A stretch of DNA of 37,400 bases, taken from Candidatus Pacearchaeota archaeon (lineage in GTDB: Archaea; Nanobdellota; Nanobdellia; Pacearchaeales; UBA284). Numbering within the stretch: position 1 is the stretch's first letter; each line of letters begins with the position of its first letter. The translations under genes and the position numbers were made by a program. Of this stretch, positions 8,812 to 16,293 are shown piece after piece. The notes below the pieces were generated by a model. It saw only the letters and a list, made by a program, of their open reading frames with translations. It was not told where the DNA came from and did not search any database. Location of the stretch: assembly GCA_018304245.1 (NCBI GenBank), contig JAGVWO010000001.1, forward strand, positions 1 through 37,400. Reading direction: 5' to 3'.

Positions 8812-9504
8812 ATGGATAAGAAAGGAATGAATCAAGTCGAATATATTTCTGCAATGATTATTTTTTTATTTGGCGTAGTTGTGATTATCTATTTTGCTCT
8901 GAGTTTTAATTTAATACAACATAAAGATTATCTAACTGCTGTTGAAAATAATTTAAGAAAAGAAATAGAAATAACATATTCAAAATATTATGTAAGTAAC
9001 AATAGGGGGACATGTTTGATTATTTCTTCAGAGGCGATTCCGAAGAATATAGTTAATAATCCAAATAATTTAACGATACTTGATTCTCAAGGAGAAGAAA
9101 AGAGGTTTCAATGGAATGGAAATAATCTTGCAGTAGAGAAAAACAATGGCCAATATATTTTTATAATTTCTCCAAATAGTACCCCTACAACGGGAGTTAA
9201 TTGTGATGAACAACCAACAACACCCAATTTTTCTTTAGAAGAAAAATTTAAAGCAATCAGTTTTGATAAGTTAAAGGAATTTCAAGAAAATTATAGTACA
9301 AATTATGAAATCTTAAAAGAAGTAGTGGCAGAAAATAAGAATTTTAATTTGGAAGTGAGTCCCTGTTTAATTTTTAAGGGGATGACTGTTTCAAGGCATA
9401 TTCCAAAAAATGTGGAAGTGACTGCAGGAGAATTTCCAGTAAAACTATTCATCACTCCAAAAATCATTTGTGACGTTAAAGTTACAATAAAACTTTGGGA
9501 TTAG
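8812..9504 (+). CDS. Pilin-like protein with a class III (prepilin-type) signal candidate, Flp/Epd style
   Basis: In the N-terminus MDKKG/MNQVEYISAMIIFLFGVVVIIYFAL, a basic stretch ends in G. E and Y then fall at +5/+6, followed by a hydrophobic helix (the G/xxxxEY pattern of Flp/Tad-type pilins). The rest is an Asn-rich soluble domain ending KVTIKLWD. Confidence 0.5.
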   Translation: MDKKGMNQVEYISAMIIFLFGVVVIIYFALSFNLIQHKDYLTAVENNLRKEIEITYSKYYVSNNRGTCLIISSEAIPKNIVNNPNNLTILDSQGEEKRFQWNGNNLAVEKNNGQYIFIISPNSTPTTGVNCDEQPTTPNFSLEEKFKAISFDKLKEFQENYSTNYEILKEVVAENKNFNLEVSPCLIFKGMTVSRHIPKNVEVTAGEFPVKLFITPKIICDVKVTIKLWD

Positions 9505-9956
9505 ATAAAATGAAAAAATTAATTCAAAAAGAAAACAAGAATAAAAAAGCATTCATAATTGTGCTTGAAGCAACAATTGCGTTAATGATCTTATTTGGAT
9601 TTTTATTTACCTCATTAGAAAAGCAAAAACAGATTACAAGTACAAGCTATAATAGGGAAGATCAAAATGCAATGTTATTAGATTATATTTCAGAATATTT
9701 AGAGACAGATGAAACATTTAGAAATGATATTAAAAATAACAATATTTGGGAATTAAATTCTTCAATTCAGGCATATCTTTTAACATTTAATAAAGATATA
9801 AATTCGCAAGTTAGAATATGTGAGCCAGATGATGGGTGTGATTCTAAGGACATTCCAAGATTATCTGAGGTTTCAACAACCGAATTTTTAGCTAATTTTG
9901 GAAACAATGAAAAGATAATAACTAAAAAAGTAAAGATTTACCTTTGGGAAAAATAA
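9495..9956 (+). CDS. Second pilin-like protein, a paralogue of the 8812-9504 product
   Basis: The N-terminus reads ...KENKNKKA/FIIVLEATIALMILFGFLFTSL (basic stretch, small residue, hydrophobic helix with an early Glu). The C-terminus KIITKKVKIYLWEK resembles KIICDVKVTIKLWD of the upstream protein. The true start may be MKKLIQ at 9510. Confidence 0.45.
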   Translation: MGLDKMKKLIQKENKNKKAFIIVLEATIALMILFGFLFTSLEKQKQITSTSYNREDQNAMLLDYISEYLETDETFRNDIKNNNIWELNSSIQAYLLTFNKDINSQVRICEPDDGCDSKDIPRLSEVSTTEFLANFGNNEKIITKKVKIYLWEK

Positions 9957-9963
9957 AAACAAA

Positions 9964-10395
9964 ATGACTTTTCAAACATTTGAACACAAGGCAGATATTG
10001 GCATTCGGGGAATTGGTAAGACAAAAGAAAAATCATTTGAAGAATCTGCAAAATGCTTATTCAATGTGCAAGTAGATATCAAAAAAATAAAACCATTAAA
10101 GAAAATCTTAATTAGTGCAAAGGCAGAAAATTTAGAAGAAATTTTTGTAGAATTTTTAAATAAATTAATCACAACATCTGCTATTAAAGAGATGGTTTTT
10201 GGAAAATTCATAGTATATATTAAAGAAAATAAATCAAAAAAACAATTGGAATTAAAAGCAGAAGCATTTGGAGAAAAATTGAATATTACAAAACACAATA
10301 TTAAAGTAGAAGTAAAAGCAGCAACTTATGGGGAATTAAGAGTATATCTAGATAAAGATAAAAATTGGATATCTCAATGTATTGTGGATGTATAA
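9964..10395 (+). CDS. Archease (RtcB activator)
   Basis: The N-terminus FEHKADIGIRGIGKT and the C-terminal VKAATYGEL are archease hallmarks. It lies directly upstream of rtcB. Confidence 0.8.
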   Translation: MTFQTFEHKADIGIRGIGKTKEKSFEESAKCLFNVQVDIKKIKPLKKILISAKAENLEEIFVEFLNKLITTSAIKEMVFGKFIVYIKENKSKKQLELKAEAFGEKLNITKHNIKVEVKAATYGELRVYLDKDKNWISQCIVDV

Positions 10396-10449
10396 ATGAG
10401 ATTTATTATAATATGTGCTATATAGTATAATAATAGGATTAATGTAAAA

Positions 10450-11886
10450 ATGGAAATTTCAAAATTTAAAAAAATAAATAATTATGAGTGGGATATCCAA
10501 AAATCTGGAGAAATGCGAGTTCCAGGAAGAATTTTTGCTTCGCAAAAATTAATTGAAGAAATGGATGATAAGGTTTTTGAACAAACATCGAATGTTGCAT
10601 GTCTTCCCGGAATACAAAAGGCATCAATAGCAATGGCAGATGCACATTGGGGGTATGGTTTTCCCATTGGCGGAGTTGGTGCATTTGATTTAGAAGAGGG
10701 GATTGTTTCCGTCGGGGGTGTTGGATTTGATGGTGGTTGTGGAGTAAGAACAATTAAAACAAATCTTTTTTTAGATGAAGTAAAACCAAAAATAAAATTA
10801 CTTTGTGATTCTCTTTTTAATCATGTTCCAGTGGGTTTAGGGATTCGTGGAAAAATTATGCTCAATAATAGACAAGTCAATGAAGTATTAACAAATGGTG
10901 CAAGATGGGCTGTTGAAAATAATTATGGTGATCAGAAAGATTTGCAATTTTTAGAAGATAAGGGGGAAATAAGTGGAGCAATTCCAAAAAATGTTTCACA
11001 AATTGCAATTCAAAGAGAAAAAAACCAAATAGGGACTCTTGGAAGCGGAAATCATTATCTTGAAATTCAATATGTGGATGAAATTTATGATGAAAAAGCA
11101 GCAAAAATATTTGGTTTAGAAAAAAACCAAATTGTTGCATCCATTCATTGTGGTTCAAGAGCATTAGGTCATCAAATCGGTACAGATTACCTTAAGGTTT
11201 TAGCAGAAGCTTCTAGGAAATATAAAATTCCAATTCGAGAAAAGGAATTAGTTTGCGCTCCGATAAATTCAAATGAAGGACAAAAATATTATTCTGCAAT
11301 GTGTTGTGCATTAAATTATGCTTATGCTAATCGGGAAGTAATCACCCATTTAACAAGAGAAATTTTTGATAAAATTTTTCCACAAAATAAATTAGAAACA
11401 TTATATGAAGTTTCACATAATAGCGCAAAAATAGAGGAACATTTTGTCGACAATAAAAGCAACAAAAAAAAGAAAGTTCTTGTTCATAGAAAAGGTGCAA
11501 CAAGAGCATTTGGACCAGGTCACAATTTAATTCCAAAAAAATATTCTGCTGTTGGACAACCAGTAATTATTGGGGGGAGTATGGGTACAGAATCATATAT
11601 TTTGCATGGAACAAATTTTGCAATGAAAAATTGTTTTGGAAGTTCTTGTCATGGTGCAGGAAGAGCAATGTCAAGACATGCGGCAAAAAAAATAGAACAA
11701 GGATCACATTTAATTTTAGAATTACTTAAGAAAGGAATTTATGTTCGAGCAAGAAGTTTATCTGGTGTTGCAGAAGAAGCACCAGAAGCATACAAAGATG
11801 TAAATAACGTTGTTAATTCAATGCACGATTCGGGAATTGCATTAAAAGTTGTAAAACTAAAACCTATTGGAAATATTAAGGGATAA
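10450..11886 (+). CDS. rtcB: RNA-splicing ligase RtcB
   Basis: MADAHWGYGFPIGGV, GGVGFDGGCGVR, GSGNHYLEIQ, IHCGSRALGHQ, HRKGATRA and SSCHGAGR. At 478 aa the length leaves no room for an intein. Confidence 0.95.
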   Translation: MEISKFKKINNYEWDIQKSGEMRVPGRIFASQKLIEEMDDKVFEQTSNVACLPGIQKASIAMADAHWGYGFPIGGVGAFDLEEGIVSVGGVGFDGGCGVRTIKTNLFLDEVKPKIKLLCDSLFNHVPVGLGIRGKIMLNNRQVNEVLTNGARWAVENNYGDQKDLQFLEDKGEISGAIPKNVSQIAIQREKNQIGTLGSGNHYLEIQYVDEIYDEKAAKIFGLEKNQIVASIHCGSRALGHQIGTDYLKVLAEASRKYKIPIREKELVCAPINSNEGQKYYSAMCCALNYAYANREVITHLTREIFDKIFPQNKLETLYEVSHNSAKIEEHFVDNKSNKKKKVLVHRKGATRAFGPGHNLIPKKYSAVGQPVIIGGSMGTESYILHGTNFAMKNCFGSSCHGAGRAMSRHAAKKIEQGSHLILELLKKGIYVRARSLSGVAEEAPEAYKDVNNVVNSMHDSGIALKVVKLKPIGNIKG

Positions 11887-12026
11887 AAATATTTTCTTGG
11901 ATAAATTCATTCGCCCTCGTGCAAATCTCGCAAAAATGAAATTTGTAGCACAATCAGTAGTGGTCCAGAAAAGTTTAAATACTAAAACTATGAATTATTA
12001 TTGTACGTTTTATTAAAAAAGAGAAA

Positions 12027-15000
12027 ATGGTTTTTTCAAAAAAATTTGACTATCGGAAAAGAACTAAAGAAAGAGATTTATTTTTTGGACTACCCTCAAC
12101 ACCTTTTTTAGTTTTTTTATCATTTATCGCAATATTACTTATATTTAATCTAATTATTATAAACAATTCAATAACTGGAAATGTAGTTAGTGATTTAAAT
12201 TTGAGACACGATTATTATGATTCTTCAAATGCAAGAGTAGATGGAGAATTTTCATTGGCATTTTCACGAGGAGATTTAATACCAAAAAATTCTATAATAC
12301 AAATTCTAATGTCTTCACCAGCTTGTCCACTATATTACGAATGTTCTGATGGAAGCTTGTCAGAATGGCACACCTATGATAAAGTTACGGGTAATTGCAG
12401 AAATATTGTTGCTCCCGATAGTCCATGGGATACATGTCCAGATTTTTCAGAATATACTGGAAACTGTACAACAAGAGGTCATAGATGTTGTAATGTGGGT
12501 TTTGGCCAAGGATTATATTATGGTAATTTAAATTGCGGTGGGACCCAACAATGTTTTGATAGATGTACAGATTACAGAAATGTTTCATTAGAGTCATTTA
12601 TTTTAGCACATGATTCAACAATCCCATATTCTGGAAATTTAACATCTGGAACATATAATAATGTTAATGGCGATGAACCAATTGGAAGTGGAGAGGGATT
12701 TGGATATTGTGGGGGAACTATAATTGTTCCTAAACCTCCGGTTAGCTTATATGCAATTGCACCCATTACTGGGAATTCAATAACAGGGAATGTTCCTGCA
12801 GGATATGTGACAATTAATGGAGATTTATACGTGTCTGCAGTAGATTATAATTATGATACAAAGATATTAAGAATAATTATAGCAAAAACAGATACGCTGG
12901 ACAAATCTGTTGAATTTACAGTTCAAATATATAATAATAATACGGGGGCATTTATAACTTCACAAGATGTTACAATGGGAAGAGTAACGGCAGAGAGTGA
13001 ATTATCATCTACTTCGGGAAATGAAATAATCAACCAAGAAACAATGAATTTTGCTTCTTCTAAAGCAATAGAATTTAATTTAGCTACTTACGTTCTCGCA
13101 GGAAATATCATTAAAATAGTTCTTGACAATCCACCAATGGTTGGAGAGACAAACGAAAACAACAATATAGAATACTATTTTATACTTCCCCAAACAGATT
13201 TGAACATAACTAATGCTAATTATAATTTTAATACAAATACTCTTGATGTTAATGTTAAAAATTGGGGACAAAGCGTTCCAAGCACAACGGCAATATCTGT
13301 TAGTCTTTATGAAAGGGTTGATAGTACAGTAAAGTTTTGTCCAGCTCAAATGACTGCAGCAGTAATTGGAAATATTTGCCTTTTAGAAACACAATATTTA
13401 GATGGATTAAATTATGATGAAACTAAAACAGTTTCATTCAATCAAAATTTAATTAATAAAAACATAACTGTTTCAGTATCTTCAATAGCAGATACAAATC
13501 CAACCAATAATCAATTAAACCTAACAATAGGGACAGCACCAATTCCAGCAGATTTGATTTTAACCGAATTAATTTATGATTACCAAGCAAAACAATTAAA
13601 GGGTAAAATAAAAAATGTCGGAGGATTAACAGCTCAAGCAGGTTCTATTGTTTCTGTTTGTTATGTCGGATTAATATCTGCACCGATAATAGCAAAAGCA
13701 GTAAGTAGTCAGACAACATGTTATAATATAAATTCAATTACTCTTGATTCAATTCCAGCAGGGGGAACTGTTGCAGGATTAGAAGGGAGAGGTATAATTT
13801 TCTATACAGATTTAAACAGAGATTATGAGGGAAAAACAATAAAAATTATAGTAGATTCAACAAATGTTATTGCAGAAGGAACAGTCGGAGAAGCAAATAA
13901 TATTAACGAGACATACATAACACCAATTACACAACTACCAGATATTCAAGTTTTAAATTATGTATATGATTGTAAAATAAAAACAATGGCAATAACCTTA
14001 AAAAATAATGGGGCAAATCCAACAGGACCATTTGTATTATCTTTTTGTACACGTTACGAGGAGGTTATGAGCATAACAACAAAAGCAATAACTGGGATGA
14101 TGATAACACCAAGTCAAGATGCACTATGTGTCCAAACATTAATTCCAAATATAGATGTATCAAGTCTTATAGGTGGAGAGGTACGAACAATCAACGTGCA
14201 AAATACCTTATTTGATGGAACCACATTTACTCTTGATGCAAACCCAAGCAAAACAATATTTGAGTCAGATTATACAAATAATAGATTATCTGTTTCAATC
14301 CCAAGACTTCCAGATTTCGAAGTTTCAAACCCAGTTTATTATCCTGGTTCAAATTACCTATTAGTTAATGTGATGAATAAAGGAACAGGTGCAGGAATTG
14401 CAAATATAACTGTTTGTCAAATGAGAAGAAAATGTATAGATGAGCCAGCAATAGTTGCAACAAAAGCAATACAATCTTTTACACAAGATTTAACAACCTT
14501 AGCCTTGCCTTGTAGACGTTTTGTTATGGTCTGTGAAGATATTAATAGCACCCTTGTCTCATTAAATCCGGGTTTGTCAACCACAGTTTATATAGGGGAT
14601 GCACTTGGATATACATATAACATCAGTGCAGATAGAGAAAATATTGTTTGTGAATTAGATGAAACCAATAATTTTTTAGTATGGCCAACAGGAAGTTGTA
14701 TTGGTGGGGGCGATGAAAATATACAAGATCCATGTTCTGGAACATATAACCCCACACAATTAAATGATACCTGTTTTGATTCAACATACTTAAATGAATA
14801 CTATTGTGAATCTTCTATTTGTATAAATAGAACAGCAAATTGTGCTTATGGTTGTAATATTTCAGCAGGGGTATGTAATCAGGCTCCAGCAGGAAGTTGT
14901 ACAGAGACAGACGGTGGAAACTTTTCATTAATCGCAGGGACATGCTCAGGGGTAAATGGAAACTTTACAGATACCTGTTCGAACACAGCATTAACAGAGT

Positions 15001-16103
15001 ATTCTTGCCTTGAAAATAATTGTGTAGTTAGTACTTACTTAATTAGTAACTTGGTCAGTGGAAATTGCTTCAGTTGTCAAACAACAGCAAATGGTGGGCA
15101 ATGTTCAAATAACACCTATTCGTGTGCTGGTTGGAATAATGTTTATAGTGCAAATCTAAGTGATACTACTATTAACTCTCCTTTTGATATTATAACTCCA
15201 GATTTAGATTTGGGATATTTCATCTTAAACTTTTCATTGGTTGCAGATGGAGTTATTATGGCTTCAGATAACACAACATTTTTCTTAAATGATACAACCT
15301 ACCGTATTTGTGTAGGTAGTACATGTGCTAAGAAAATTGGTATGAATATGGACAGTGATTGTTCTTCCACTTCAGATTGTGGGGGTTCTAGTGGAGGCGG
15401 TGGTGGAGGAGATGATACCACTAGGTGTTATGAAGATTGGAATTGTGGAACATGGAGTTCATGTGGGGCAGAAGGAATAAGAACAAGAAGTTGTACCCGA
15501 TGTACTATGTCAAACACAGAATCAGAAGTTTGTGTATATGGTTGTACAGAAGATTGGGAGTGTGCAGATTGGAGTTATTGTGATGATTCTGGAATCCAAA
15601 CACAAATATGTAATGATAGAAATAGATGTAGTTCAAGAAATTCAGAATATGTACAACAAAGAAATTGTTGCACAGAAAACTGGGATTGTAAATGGGGAAC
15701 ATGTCAAGATGGAAAACAAGCAAAAGTTTGTACAGATAATAATAATTGCGGAACAGGATTTTTGAAACCATTAGATGAAACAAGAGAATGTTCTGGTGGA
15801 TTTGGAATTGATTTAAGCAATGTTCCATTATGGGTAAAAATTGCAGTACCAATAGCAATTATTGGTGGTGTTTTAGTATCATTATTTTTAGTTAAGAGAA
15901 AACCAGTCGGAATAATTAAAGGAAAACCAAAATTAGATGTAGAGAAAATATCACAAACACCATCAGCAAAAGCAAATTATCCTGAATTAACAAATTATAT
16001 TAAAACAGCAAGGGGTCAAGGAATAAATGAAAACGATATAAAAAAGAAACTTCTAGACGCAGGCTGGCCAAAAGATGTTGTTGATTCTGGGTTGAAGAAA
16101 TAA
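12027..16103 (+). CDS. Giant (1358 aa) type-I-like membrane-anchored surface protein. It has an N-terminal signal/anchor, a Cys-rich head, about 5 CARDB-like repeats, Cys-rich CTxxDGG-type modules, three TSP1-like repeats, a C-terminal TM and a short cytoplasmic tail.
   Basis: N-terminal TM FLVFLSFIAILLIFNLIIINN, then SITGNVV. The repeat ends look like CARDB (ETNENNNIEY, DTNPTNNQLNLTI, GEANNINETYI, ESDYTNNRLSVSI, LDETNNFLVWP). There is a Gly run (GGSSGGGGGGDD), a C-terminal TM (WVKIAVPIAIIGGVLVSLFLV) and then KRKP. Confidence 0.8.
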   Translation: MVFSKKFDYRKRTKERDLFFGLPSTPFLVFLSFIAILLIFNLIIINNSITGNVVSDLNLRHDYYDSSNARVDGEFSLAFSRGDLIPKNSIIQILMSSPACPLYYECSDGSLSEWHTYDKVTGNCRNIVAPDSPWDTCPDFSEYTGNCTTRGHRCCNVGFGQGLYYGNLNCGGTQQCFDRCTDYRNVSLESFILAHDSTIPYSGNLTSGTYNNVNGDEPIGSGEGFGYCGGTIIVPKPPVSLYAIAPITGNSITGNVPAGYVTINGDLYVSAVDYNYDTKILRIIIAKTDTLDKSVEFTVQIYNNNTGAFITSQDVTMGRVTAESELSSTSGNEIINQETMNFASSKAIEFNLATYVLAGNIIKIVLDNPPMVGETNENNNIEYYFILPQTDLNITNANYNFNTNTLDVNVKNWGQSVPSTTAISVSLYERVDSTVKFCPAQMTAAVIGNICLLETQYLDGLNYDETKTVSFNQNLINKNITVSVSSIADTNPTNNQLNLTIGTAPIPADLILTELIYDYQAKQLKGKIKNVGGLTAQAGSIVSVCYVGLISAPIIAKAVSSQTTCYNINSITLDSIPAGGTVAGLEGRGIIFYTDLNRDYEGKTIKIIVDSTNVIAEGTVGEANNINETYITPITQLPDIQVLNYVYDCKIKTMAITLKNNGANPTGPFVLSFCTRYEEVMSITTKAITGMMITPSQDALCVQTLIPNIDVSSLIGGEVRTINVQNTLFDGTTFTLDANPSKTIFESDYTNNRLSVSIPRLPDFEVSNPVYYPGSNYLLVNVMNKGTGAGIANITVCQMRRKCIDEPAIVATKAIQSFTQDLTTLALPCRRFVMVCEDINSTLVSLNPGLSTTVYIGDALGYTYNISADRENIVCELDETNNFLVWPTGSCIGGGDENIQDPCSGTYNPTQLNDTCFDSTYLNEYYCESSICINRTANCAYGCNISAGVCNQAPAGSCTETDGGNFSLIAGTCSGVNGNFTDTCSNTALTEYSCLENNCVVSTYLISNLVSGNCFSCQTTANGGQCSNNTYSCAGWNNVYSANLSDTTINSPFDIITPDLDLGYFILNFSLVADGVIMASDNTTFFLNDTTYRICVGSTCAKKIGMNMDSDCSSTSDCGGSSGGGGGGDDTTRCYEDWNCGTWSSCGAEGIRTRSCTRCTMSNTESEVCVYGCTEDWECADWSYCDDSGIQTQICNDRNRCSSRNSEYVQQRNCCTENWDCKWGTCQDGKQAKVCTDNNNCGTGFLKPLDETRECSGGFGIDLSNVPLWVKIAVPIAIIGGVLVSLFLVKRKPVGIIKGKPKLDVEKISQTPSAKANYPELTNYIKTARGQGINENDIKKKLLDAGWPKDVVDSGLKK
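12819..14690 (+). repeat. About five tandem CARDB-like Ig-fold repeat units (coding) inside the giant surface protein
   Basis: Units of about 110-125 aa each begin with [PT]D[LIF]x[VIL]-type strands and a xNxG motif (VKNWGQS, IKNVGGL, LKNNGAN, VMNKGTG). Each ends with an acidic/Asn NN motif. Confidence 0.55.
15426..15795 (+). repeat. Three tandem Cys/Trp repeats resembling thrombospondin type-1 repeats (coding)
   Basis: CYEDWNCGTWSSCGAEGIRTRSCTRC / CTEDWECADWSYCDDSGIQTQICNDRNRC / CTENWDCKWGTCQDGKQAKVCTDNNNC. The shared pattern is C-x-E-[DN]-W-x-C-x(1,2)-W-x(1,2)-C-x(3)-G-x(3,4)-C. Confidence 0.6.
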
Positions 16104-16104
16104 A

Positions 16105-16290
16105 ATGAATTTTAAAAAATACACCATGTTAGATATCTTTCTAACAAAAATTGCAGTATTCTTTGCAACACTAGGCTTTGTTTCACTTATCCCCGGGCTT
16201 GCAAATTTAGTAACAAATACACATTGGGCTATATTTTTAACAATAAGTATAATTCTTGCATTAAAACCACTGATAAAAAGTTTTAGATAA
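16105..16290 (+). CDS. Small two-TM membrane protein (61 aa), translationally coupled to the giant surface protein
   Basis: The ATG lies 1 nt after the upstream stop. There are two hydrophobic segments (IAVFFATLGFVSLIPGL and WAIFLTISIILAL). Confidence 0.4.
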   Translation: MNFKKYTMLDIFLTKIAVFFATLGFVSLIPGLANLVTNTHWAIFLTISIILALKPLIKSFR

Positions 16291-16293
16291 ATT

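Noticed and set aside
9972-11536. Minus-strand ORFs inside archease and rtcB (9972-10298, 10466-10753, 10482-10667, 10877-11164, 11342-11536)
   Set aside because: They lie antisense to genes with unmistakable archease and RtcB motifs. Their translations are H/L/F/Q-rich, as is typical of reverse frames of AT-rich coding DNA.
15381-15411. The GGTGGAGGCGGTGGTGGAGGA run (Gly8 linker) as a slippery or frameshift or phase-variation site
   Set aside because: It is not a homopolymer or a simple dinucleotide tract because the codons are mixed. The reading frame is continuous across it, and it sits at a natural domain boundary, so I read it as a flexible linker.
12349-15858. Short ORFs in other frames within the 1358-aa surface-protein gene (12349-12531, 12385-12597, 12572-12766, 13080-13349, 14173-14364, 15505-15858, 15532-15765)
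   Set aside because: All are nested within one long continuous ORF that has a coherent repeat and domain structure. None has its own start context or motifs.
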